Positions 30,061 to 38,235 of a stretch of DNA of 64,000 nucleotides are shown here, one piece after another. Source of the stretch: an uncultured Chloroflexia bacterium (lineage in GTDB: Bacteria; Chloroflexota; Limnocylindria; Limnocylindrales; CSP1-4); NCBI GenBank assembly GCA_963828165.1, contig CAWHDR010000005.1, positions 160,001-224,000 of the forward strand. The letters are read 5' to 3'. The number at the start of each line of letters is the position of its first letter. Within the stretch, counting starts at the first letter, position 1. The notes under the pieces were generated by a model. The model was not told the origin of the DNA. It made no database searches and saw only the letters and a list, made by a program, of their open reading frames with translations. The translations under genes were made by a program, and so were the position numbers.

Positions 30061-31733
30061 GCCCGCCGGTGCAGCCCCCCGCGCAGCGAGGGGCGGCGAG
30101 CGCGCGAGCCGATGGTATGAACGCGAAGCACAGGCGCCCACGACGGGATGAGCCGGTAGCGCTGCGGCGCGTGCTGGACCGTCGGACGATCGAGGCGTTC
30201 CTGGCGGGGGCCCTTGGAGCCCAGTCCTCGGCAGAGGTCGTCCTGGTCGACACCGACGGCACTCCGTTCGCCGGCGGTGGCAAGTGGCTGACGCCCCGCA
30301 TCTCGCAGGTGCGCCGCGCCCTCGCGGAGGCAACCGACGCCGTGTCCGTGGCCGGGATGTCCGTTCGTCCCCTCCACGCGCATTCTCGACTCGTGGGCGG
30401 GCTCGTCGTCGAGGGTTCTGCGGCCGACGACGTCGTCGACCTGCTCCAGGACGCGCTCGGCATCATCGTGGGTCAGGCGCTCGACGCGCGGGACCTCGGA
30501 CAAGAGACGTTGGACCGGTACCGCGAGATCAACGTCCTGTACCGACTGGGCGAGACCGTCGGTGCGCTGCTCGATGCCGACGAGATCCCCGGTTTGCTGC
30601 TGTACGAGGCCGAACATGCGATCAAGGCCGACGCCACGGCCGTGCTGCTCGAACCGGGCGAGTCGCGGCGGGTGGCCGCCAGTGCGGGAACGGCGCGGTT
30701 GTCCCAGGAGATGATCGAAACATCGTCGCGCCTGATCGATCAGGTCGTTGAGATGGGCCAGCCGAGCATCATGGCGTCACCGGCGATCGCATCGGCGCAC
30801 CTCGGTTCGCTGCTTTGCGTACCCATCCGGGCCCGGGACAGGCCGATCGGGGTCGTCCTGCTCGGCCGGCGCAAGGGGCGGGCCGTGTTCAGCGCCGGCG
30901 AGGAGAAGCTGCTGCTCGCCATCGCCACCGAGGGCGGCGTCGCGTATGATCGCGCGCTCCTCCTCGACGAGCGGGTGCAGCGCGAGCGTCTCGAGGAGGA
31001 GCTCTCGGTCGGCCGTCGCATCCAGCTCAGCCTGCTACCCGCGTCGTCCCCACACCACGCCGGCTGGGAGTTCGCTGCCGTCTACCGCGCAGCCCGGCAG
31101 GTTGGTGGCGACTTCTACGACTTCATCGAGACGCCTGAGGCGCCCGGAACGCTCGGGCTGATCATCGGGGACGTGACGGGTAAGGGGGTGCCGGCCGCCC
31201 TGTTGATGGCGTCCACCCGGGCGATCCTACGGGCGTCTTCCGCCGGGCGACCGCCGCCATCCGTCATTCTCGAACGCACCAACGAACAGCTCCTCCGCGA
31301 CGGCCGCGCCGGCCTGTTCGTGACGGCGTTGTACGGCAGCCTGGACCTCATCACCGGGGATCTCGTGTTCGCCAGCGGCGGTCACGATCCGCCGCTGTGG
31401 ATCCGCGGCGACGCGCGGCAGTCGCGCCTGTTGACCACGCGCGGCACGCTCCTCGGCGCCTTCGGCGCGATCAGACTCGAGGATCGGCACATCCGACTTG
31501 CTCCAGGCGACACGCTCGTCCTCTACACCGACGGCGTCACCGAAGCGCGCGACCGCGTGGGACGACTCTTTGGCGAGCGTCGCCTCAGGGCAAACCTCAC
31601 CGCGAATGCCGCCGGGAGCGCGGAGGAGACCGCCCAGGCGGTGCTCAACGCGGTATCGGACTTCGTCGGCAACATTCCGCCCTCCGACGACCTGACGCTC
31701 GTCGTCGTCAGGCGGCAGGGCGCGCATCCCTGA
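30057..31733 (+). CDS. GAF plus SpoIIE/PP2C serine phosphatase (RsbU-like)
   Basis: IQLSLLP, VGGDFYD, GDVTGKGVPAAL, YTDGVTEA, DDLT. Confidence 0.92.
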   Translation: MSPPVQPPAQRGAASARADGMNAKHRRPRRDEPVALRRVLDRRTIEAFLAGALGAQSSAEVVLVDTDGTPFAGGGKWLTPRISQVRRALAEATDAVSVAGMSVRPLHAHSRLVGGLVVEGSAADDVVDLLQDALGIIVGQALDARDLGQETLDRYREINVLYRLGETVGALLDADEIPGLLLYEAEHAIKADATAVLLEPGESRRVAASAGTARLSQEMIETSSRLIDQVVEMGQPSIMASPAIASAHLGSLLCVPIRARDRPIGVVLLGRRKGRAVFSAGEEKLLLAIATEGGVAYDRALLLDERVQRERLEEELSVGRRIQLSLLPASSPHHAGWEFAAVYRAARQVGGDFYDFIETPEAPGTLGLIIGDVTGKGVPAALLMASTRAILRASSAGRPPPSVILERTNEQLLRDGRAGLFVTALYGSLDLITGDLVFASGGHDPPLWIRGDARQSRLLTTRGTLLGAFGAIRLEDRHIRLAPGDTLVLYTDGVTEARDRVGRLFGERRLRANLTANAAGSAEETAQAVLNAVSDFVGNIPPSDDLTLVVVRRQGAHP

Positions 31734-31894
31734 CCTTCCGCGACCGGTTTGCGCCCCAACCACGACGCAACCCGCGGACACCCGAGCGCGGCGAAGCGGG
31801 GGTTCGAGTGCGAGCGGCTGGCGCCCGATGCGGCGAGTAGACCTTCGCTCGCCGCTTGGAGGCGCGATACGGGTCCACGTTTCGAGCGGGATTC

Positions 31895-32128
31895 GGTTAT
31901 GCGCTGAATCGGAGTTATGTGCTCTTGAGTTCGTCGTCGATAGAGCCCATACCTGAGCACATTCTCGATCAGATCCCACTCAGAAAGCACAGCGGATAGA
32001 TCGGCGGGCTTATGAGTCCCCCTGCTCTACCACTGAGCTACTCCGCCGTGGCAATTCAAGATTACCGAGCGTAAACGGCCTCGGCAACCGCTGGAAATGC
32101 AGCACATAACTATCGAACAGCACATACC
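31895..32128. repeat. Junction A: conserved left arm, tRNA-Met 5' half (32006-32047), promoter (32059-32087) and right arm
   Basis: Aligns by eye with 33335-33567 and 35835-35984; tRNA part matches 25138-25178 except for one extra C in the C run. Confidence 0.92.
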
Positions 32129-32242
32129 TGTTCTCACGGATGTCAGCTTTTGCCGACGACACGGACGTACCATCAGGTGGACAGGGCACGATGTGCCATG
32201 AGCTGGCACTCGGCGATTGAGCGACCCCGGAGGGCCTCCCAG

Positions 32243-33169
32243 ATGCGAGCAATGGTGGCTGAGAGCTCGGCCCCCGGCAGGATCGCGTTGCGGGAGGTTC
32301 GGGAGCCGGTGCCGGCGCCCGGTGAAGTGCTCGTGGACGTGCGTGCATTCTCGATCAATCGGGGCGAGATGAGGATGCTCGGAACGGCTAACGACGGCTG
32401 GCGTCCCGGATGGGACTTCGCCGGCATCCTGCGGTCCGACGTCGAAAACGGCCTGAAAGCTGGCGCCCGGGTGGTCGGCATCCGGCGAGGCGGGAGTTGG
32501 GCCGAGCAGGTGGCGGTTCACGAAGGATGGATCGCCGAGTTGCCTGGTGGAGTCTCCTTTGCTCAAGGGGCGACGCTACCAACGGCCGGCCTGGCAGCCC
32601 TGCGCATGCTGAGAATGGGACCATCGATCCTCGGTCGCCGAGTCTTGGTGACGGGGGCCTCGGGCGGTGTCGGTCGGTTTGCCATCCAGCTGGCCCACCT
32701 CGGTGGCGCGGAGGTAACGGCGATGGTCAGCAGCCGATCGGCGCGGGCCGGGGGCCTTCGCCAGCTCGGTGCCGATGACGTGGTCTCGGACGTCGACCAG
32801 CTCCGGGGTCGTTTCGACCTCATCCTCGAGTCGGTGGGAGGCGAAACGCTCGGCCGACTCGTCACCAAAGTCGACGCCCGAGGGACGCTGATCATGTTCG
32901 GCAACACCTCCGACGAACCAACCACGTTCAACGTCCGCGACGTCTACAACGATGCCCTCGTCCGTCTTCAGGGGTTCGAGTTGTTCTTCGGTGGCGATCC
33001 GTTCGGTCGCGACCTCGGGTACCTCGCCTCACTTGTGGCCGACGACAAGCTCGATCCTCAGCTCGGTGCTGAGCTGCCCTGGGAGGAGATCACCGGGGCG
33101 ATGGATCGGCTGCAGAATTGGGACGTCGCCGGGAAGGTCGCCCTCACGCTCGGCGAACCCGCGGGTTGA
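32243..33169 (+). CDS. MDR-superfamily (zinc-binding dehydrogenase / quinone reductase-like) oxidoreductase
   Basis: PGEVLVDV, INRGE, PGWDFAG, VLVTGASGGVG, GKVAL; ATG after GGAGG. Confidence 0.88.
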   Translation: MRAMVAESSAPGRIALREVREPVPAPGEVLVDVRAFSINRGEMRMLGTANDGWRPGWDFAGILRSDVENGLKAGARVVGIRRGGSWAEQVAVHEGWIAELPGGVSFAQGATLPTAGLAALRMLRMGPSILGRRVLVTGASGGVGRFAIQLAHLGGAEVTAMVSSRSARAGGLRQLGADDVVSDVDQLRGRFDLILESVGGETLGRLVTKVDARGTLIMFGNTSDEPTTFNVRDVYNDALVRLQGFELFFGGDPFGRDLGYLASLVADDKLDPQLGAELPWEEITGAMDRLQNWDVAGKVALTLGEPAG

Positions 33170-33334
33170 GCGTCAGTCGACGTACTGAAGAGGCACGACC
33201 AACCTGGAACCCGCCACGACATTCGAGGCCGCCGAAGCCGTCGCCGCGGCAGAACCGGGATCTTGGTTCGGGCGGACACGGTGCCAGATTACCGAGCGAC
33301 CGCTTGTGCCGTTAGGTGAGACGATGGCGAATCA

Positions 33335-33567
33335 GGTATGAGCTCTATCGGAGTTATGTGCTCTTGGCTCGACCGCCGATAGAGCCTATAAGTCACCCGA
33401 TTCGTGCTTGGGTCCCACTCGGGAAAGCACAGCGCATCGAAGAAGTGACTTATGAGTCCCCTGCTCTACCACTGAGCTACTCCGCCGTGGCAATTCAAGA
33501 TTACCGAGCGTAACCGCCTCGGCAACCGCTGCCCGTTGCAGCGCATGACTATCGAACAGCGCATGAC
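33335..33567. repeat. Junction B: left arm, tRNA-Met 5' half (33449-33486), promoter (33498-33525) and right arm
   Basis: 38-bp identity with tRNA 25141-25178; arms homologous to junctions A and C. Confidence 0.92.
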
Positions 33568-33636
33568 TCCCGACACGGTGCCAGGACGTCAGCGTCGCCC
33601 CCGGTGGACGGCGGAGGTGTGGCCTTTACCGAGTCG

Positions 33637-34368
33637 TCAGCCGGCGACGGCGAGTGTGGGCGCTTTGCGAGGCGTCGTCGCAGAGGCCGCTCGTGGCCTT
33701 GAGTCCTCAGGCCGGAACCAGCCCGGCATGTCCCGGACCAGGTCTGGATCGCCGTACAAGGCGACCGACGCATCGGCGATCGCCGAGCCCCACGTCTGAA
33801 GACCCCGCGAGATCGGATAGAGGGTCGTGGCGTCCGCCTCCACGTGGACATACCGCTCGGGTGGTAGGCCCGGATCGTCGAAGCAGATCGACGGCAGGGC
33901 GCCCCGCTCGAGCACGAGCCAGATCTTCTTGGCACGCAGCCCGCCGACCTCGAACTCGAGGACCGCGCGCCGCTCGGGCGCGGTCGACGGGTCGGCTCGA
34001 TGGGTCATCCACAACATGATCACGTCGGGATCGCGCTGCACCATCGCGGGATCCTCCGGGACCCAGCGCTCTGCCCAGCTGTGGAGCGACATGAGCGTCG
34101 GGACGAGCTGCTCGCCTGCCGGCGTGAGGCGGTGGGGTGCCGGGCGCGCCGGTGCAGAACGGCCGGTGCGCTCGATGATGCCGAGCTCCTCGAGCTTGCG
34201 CAACCGCCGCGCCAACACCGAGCGCGAGATGCTTGGAAGCGTGTCGGCCAGGGCGTTGAAGCCGAGCGACCCGTGGCTCGCCAGCTCGCGGACGATCAGG
34301 AGGCTCCAGCGGTCTCCGAGGTGTTCGACCGCCTTCGTGAAGCTGCAGTAGTCGCCTGACCCCTTCAT
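33637..34368 (-). CDS. HxlR-family winged-helix regulator with C-terminal extension (SCP2-like)
   Basis: YCSFTKAVEHLGDRWSLLIVREL, ISRSVLARRLRKLE, LTPAGEQL. Confidence 0.88.
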   Translation of the reverse strand: MKGSGDYCSFTKAVEHLGDRWSLLIVRELASHGSLGFNALADTLPSISRSVLARRLRKLEELGIIERTGRSAPARPAPHRLTPAGEQLVPTLMSLHSWAERWVPEDPAMVQRDPDVIMLWMTHRADPSTAPERRAVLEFEVGGLRAKKIWLVLERGALPSICFDDPGLPPERYVHVEADATTLYPISRGLQTWGSAIADASVALYGDPDLVRDMPGWFRPEDSRPRAASATTPRKAPTLAVAG

Positions 34369-34398
34369 GGCTACATTCTCGCACCCACGGCAAAGCGC

Positions 34399-34421
34399 AA
34401 CAGTTCTTCGCGAGAACTGTT
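34399..34421. promoter_or_regulatory. Palindromic operator, probably for the HxlR regulator
   Basis: Perfect inverted repeat AACAGTTCT-N5-AGAACTGTT between the divergent hxlR and flavoprotein genes. Confidence 0.65.
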
Positions 34422-34512
34422 CAGCTCGATGGCGGCGTGCCTATGGTCCCTCAAGAAGCGTACGGGTAGCGGCCGGTCGGACGGCGGGTGCGGCGTGCAG
34501 GAGGTCAACGAG

Positions 34513-35775
34513 ATGCAGATAACCACTTTGCCCGAATCGGTCGACACTCTGATCATCGGGGCCGGCCAGGCCGGGCTAGCGACGTCATGGATGCTGGGCG
34601 CTGCCCGCCAGGAGCACCTCGTGCTCGAGCGGCGCGACCGGCTCGGCGGAGGTTGGCAGGACCGCTGGGACGCGTTCACCCTCGTCACCCCAAACTGGAT
34701 TGCCTCGTTTCCGGGTTGGCCCTACGACGGCCCCGACCCGGACGGCTTCATGGGCCGCGATTCGATCGTCGAGCGCGTCGCCCGCTACGCGCATGTCGTC
34801 GACGCGCCGGTCGCGCTCGGGACCGCGGTCGAGCGGCTCACGCCGGCGAAAGGTGGCCCATTCCGAGTGAGGACGAATCGCGGCGACATCACCGCGCAGC
34901 GGGTCGTCGTCGCCACCGGCAGCTACCACGTCCCGCAGATTCCGCCGCCGGCTGCGCGCATCGCACCGAGAGTCACCCAGCTCCATTCGCACGACTACCG
35001 AAACGAGTCGATGCTGCCCGAGGGCGCTGTCCTCGTCGTCGGATCCGGCCAGACCGGCGTGCAGCTCGCGGAAGAGCTGTCCGACGCCGGACGCCGTGTC
35101 TACCTCTCGGTCGGGGCGGCCGGCCGAGCGCCGCGGCGGTATCGCGGGGTCGACATCTTCGGCTGGCTCGCCCAGATCGCGCGGCGGGGCCCAGAGTTCG
35201 GACTCGGCCTCCCGACGGTCGACGTGCTCCCGGACCCGAATCTGAAGTTCGCCGCCAACCCGCACGTCTCGGGACGAAATGGTGGCCACGATACGAACCT
35301 TCGGCGGTTCGCAGCGGACGGGATGCAGCTCGCCGGACGCCTCGTAGCGGCCGACGGCGAGCGCGTCACCTTCGCCGACGATCTGCCCGCGAAACTCGTC
35401 CACGCTGACCGGTTCTTCGACGATCACCTGCGGGACCTGATCGAGACCTTTATCGATAAGGCCGGCCTTGACATGCCGCCGGACGACCGCGTGCCATTCG
35501 ACTACGAGCCGCGTGCACTCACCGAGCTCGACCTGGAGAGTGCCGGGGTCTCGACGATCATCTGGGCGACCGGCTACGCCCTCGACTACGGCTGGATCGA
35601 TGCCCCGATCTTCGGCGAGCGCGGCTATCCACGGAACGAGCGTGGCGTGACCGAGATTCCCGGCCTCTTCTTCGTCGGCCTGCTCTGGCAGCACACCCAA
35701 GCGTCAGCGACCCTCGTCGGGCCGGCCCTGGACGGGCCGTACGTCGCGGAGAAGTTGACGATGGCGGCTGTGTGA
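34513..35775 (+). CDS. FAD/NAD(P)-dependent flavoprotein (flavin-containing monooxygenase-like)
   Basis: IIGAGQAGL, VATG, QLHSHDYRN, VVGSGQTG, IWATGY; ATG after AGGAGG. Confidence 0.88.
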   Translation: MQITTLPESVDTLIIGAGQAGLATSWMLGAARQEHLVLERRDRLGGGWQDRWDAFTLVTPNWIASFPGWPYDGPDPDGFMGRDSIVERVARYAHVVDAPVALGTAVERLTPAKGGPFRVRTNRGDITAQRVVVATGSYHVPQIPPPAARIAPRVTQLHSHDYRNESMLPEGAVLVVGSGQTGVQLAEELSDAGRRVYLSVGAAGRAPRRYRGVDIFGWLAQIARRGPEFGLGLPTVDVLPDPNLKFAANPHVSGRNGGHDTNLRRFAADGMQLAGRLVAADGERVTFADDLPAKLVHADRFFDDHLRDLIETFIDKAGLDMPPDDRVPFDYEPRALTELDLESAGVSTIIWATGYALDYGWIDAPIFGERGYPRNERGVTEIPGLFFVGLLWQHTQASATLVGPALDGPYVAEKLTMAAV

Positions 35776-35834
35776 GTACGCGCAGTCACAGATCCATCCC
35801 GTTTCTAGGCTCGCTGGAGTGAAGGTACGGATTA

Positions 35835-35984
35835 GATATGCGCTCTATCCGAGTTATGTGCTCCAGGGTCGACCACCGATAGAGCCGATAAGTCACCCTG
35901 TTCGTGCGTGGTCCCACTCGGGAAAGCACAGCGGATAGATCGGCGGGCTATGAGTCCCCTGCTCTACCACTGAGCTACTCCGCC
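35835..35984. repeat. Junction C (outer end): left arm plus displaced tRNA-Met 5' half (35945-35984)
   Basis: Same arm; tRNA part lacks one T; followed by different DNA containing a TTGCCG-N18-TAGATT promoter (35993-36022). Confidence 0.9.
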
Positions 35985-36055
35985 GCACGTTGAATCTAAA
36001 CGAGGCGGGTCCAGAGCGGCAAACGCGGTCCCGATGGCCGACCGCCGGCGATCGC

Positions 36056-36382
36056 CTACTTGCCGGGCGCCTTGTACTTGATCGACTGGGCCTTCTCGAG
36101 CGCCGCCAGCGTCTCGTCGACGGTGAGCAGCACGGTCGTCTCGAACGAGCTCAGGGCTCCGCCCGCGCCGATGGCGACGGCGGCCGCGGCCATCGACACG
36201 TTGTCGGGGGCTTCCCAGAGGTTGTAGGCATCGTGGTCGCCAAAGGCGTACCAGAAGCCGTGCAGCTTGCCGCCCACCGATTCGATGTATTGCTGGGCGG
36301 CAGCCCGTCGATCCTCGGGCTTCTTGATGAGCCGCGCCCACGTTTCCGGGGTGTAGCTGAACCGCGTCAGGTACATCGGCAT
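36056..36382 (-). CDS. GYD domain-containing protein
   Basis: MPMYLTRFSYT...IESVGGKL..FWYAFGDHD pattern. Confidence 0.82.
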   Translation of the reverse strand: MPMYLTRFSYTPETWARLIKKPEDRRAAAQQYIESVGGKLHGFWYAFGDHDAYNLWEAPDNVSMAAAAVAIGAGGALSSFETTVLLTVDETLAALEKAQSIKYKAPGK

Positions 36383-36426
36383 CGATGCCTCTCCTCTTCC
36401 TGTTTGCTGGAATGCCGGCCGACGAG

Positions 36427-38235
36427 CTAGCCCGTGCCCACCCGCGTGATGCCCACCATCCGATGGTAATGGGACACGAACACGTCCCGGTGGACCACGG
36501 CCCCAGCGGCGTTACGGACCGTCCGCGTGATCGACACGTCCTTTCCGTCGACGGGCCACTCGATGCGCTCGCTCTTCCCGCGTGGCAGGGACGACGTCTT
36601 CTGGACGGTGTCATAGCCGCCGACGACGTTGCTGACGCTGGGCCGACTCCAGGAGACGGTCCGACCGTTCGGGACGCTCCAGATCTCGAACCGGACCGTG
36701 CCCGGCGACGCGAAGGCCTTGATCAGGACCGGGTGCTTCGTGTCGTTGCGGAAGCGCATCGACTGCGATCCCGAGACCGTGGCATCCAGGCCGAGCGGAT
36801 AGCGGGTGATGTAGTACCAGTGCGGTGAACGGGTCACGATCTGGAGACCGGCTCGCGCGGCGGCATTGAAGAGCGTCGTCGAGGTGGCACAGATCCCACC
36901 CGCCAGGGCCTTGCCCTCGACCGAGTGACCGCCCACGATGGCCCCACCGAGGCGGTAGCCGGTCCGGAAGCTGACTTCGCCGATCGCGTCCCAGAAGTCG
37001 AACAGCGCCCCGGGTTGGACCACATAGCCATCGAGCCGACGCGCGGGGATCGAGATGTTCGCGGCGAACCCGTTGTGGGCACTCGGGGTGTAGTAGGTCG
37101 ACCAGCTGCCCATCAGGAGCACCATCGGTGCCTTCTTCTTCGCCTCTTCCGTCGACAGCTTCGGGGCGACCTGCATCGTCTTGACCTTGACCGCGTTGTC
37201 GGTCGCCGACCCCTCGAGCCGCGCGGCGAGCGCCGCCACGACGCCGCTGGCCGTGGCCTTCACGTCGAGCGCGCGTCCGAGCCGCGATGCCGTGACCCCG
37301 AAGACGCCACCGGCACGCGTCCGCAGGTAGCGTGCCTCGGTCGGGGCACGGTGGAGGTCCTTCGCGAAGCGCTTGACGACGGCCGGCACGCCGGCCGGAT
37401 CGAGGTTTGGCGCATAGGCCGCGCCCAGACCGTCGAACGTCATCCACATGCGGATGCGCGCCGCCCGGATCTCCCATCTCTGCTTGCCGTGGGTGAGGAC
37501 GAGCTTCGTGGCGATCCGCTCGGCGACCTCGTAGGCGCGCCGGGCGTCCGCGTCGCTGATGGCCGGGGGCACCGGGACGCTGTCAGCCGAGAAGTCGAGG
37601 GCCGCCGGCGACGCCGGATCGAGGAGGGCCGCCGTGATCGCCGGAGCGATCCCGCTCGTGTCGACTTCGACGCCGTCGACGGCCGTCGACATCGTCAGGG
37701 CCTCCCTGGTCGAGCTGACGCCGGCGTCCCGGGGCTGGCGGTATCCCCGCTCGGCGAACGCCGCCAGCTCGGCCGCGAGGCGATCCGCTTCGAAGCTCAG
37801 GAGCGTCGGCATCGAGACGGGTCGGGTCAGCTGCCGAACCCCTTCGAGCGCCTCATCGAAGCGCGTGCCATCGCGACCCACCGCAGCGGCCCGGTCGAGC
37901 ATCCCGTCGAAGTCGACCTCGCGAGCGACGACGGCGTACGGGATGACGGCGTAGCCGGTTCCCGAGCGCACGGTGACGGCCCCATCCTCGAGCTTGCCCA
38001 GCGCCGAGCCGAGCGCGAGACGGGCATCGGCGCGGGTCATGCCACCGATCGCGACGCCGCCGACCTGGACGCCCGGCAGGATCCGATCCACGTACGCCTG
38101 CCGGAACGCGATCACGCCCAAAGTCACCAGCAGGACGCCCAGCAACGCGCCGAACACGAATCCGCGGGCTGTGCGCCCCGGTCGCGGGATGCGCAGCGCT
38201 CGGACCACTGGTGCTAACGGACGGGTCACGGCCAT
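36427..38235 (-). CDS. VanW family protein with N-terminal putative peptidoglycan-binding repeats
   Basis: TM anchor, ILPGVQVGGVAIGGMT, GGICATSTTLFNAA, RSPH, GLDATV, RFRNDT. Confidence 0.87.
   Translation of the reverse strand: MAVTRPLAPVVRALRIPRPGRTARGFVFGALLGVLLVTLGVIAFRQAYVDRILPGVQVGGVAIGGMTRADARLALGSALGKLEDGAVTVRSGTGYAVIPYAVVAREVDFDGMLDRAAAVGRDGTRFDEALEGVRQLTRPVSMPTLLSFEADRLAAELAAFAERGYRQPRDAGVSSTREALTMSTAVDGVEVDTSGIAPAITAALLDPASPAALDFSADSVPVPPAISDADARRAYEVAERIATKLVLTHGKQRWEIRAARIRMWMTFDGLGAAYAPNLDPAGVPAVVKRFAKDLHRAPTEARYLRTRAGGVFGVTASRLGRALDVKATASGVVAALAARLEGSATDNAVKVKTMQVAPKLSTEEAKKKAPMVLLMGSWSTYYTPSAHNGFAANISIPARRLDGYVVQPGALFDFWDAIGEVSFRTGYRLGGAIVGGHSVEGKALAGGICATSTTLFNAAARAGLQIVTRSPHWYYITRYPLGLDATVSGSQSMRFRNDTKHPVLIKAFASPGTVRFEIWSVPNGRTVSWSRPSVSNVVGGYDTVQKTSSLPRGKSERIEWPVDGKDVSITRTVRNAAGAVVHRDVFVSHYHRMVGITRVGTG

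Larger units (their letters stand above)
25141..35984. mobile_element. Tandem array of three integrase-less cassettes integrated at the tRNA-Met anticodon (~25141-32009, ~32010-33449, ~33450-35949)
   Basis: Four direct copies of the tRNA 5' half, conserved non-tRNA arms at the junctions, accessory cargo between them. Confidence 0.8.

Noticed and set aside
31523-33799. Small ORFs across the junctions (31523-31990, 32010-32348, 33316-33513, 33536-33799)
   Set aside because: They translate tRNA, promoter or arm sequence, and the frames are not conserved between copies
25141-35984. Repeated ~38-bp sequence as a CRISPR array
   Set aside because: The repeats are tRNA 5' halves separated by kilobases of genes; no cas genes
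32006-35984. Three additional functional tRNA-Met genes
   Set aside because: All lack the T arm and CCA; they are 5' fragments
31895-36022. Canonical dif/pdif sites at the junctions
   Set aside because: The motif resembles a XerC half-site, but no 11-6-11 arrangement with a XerD arm was found
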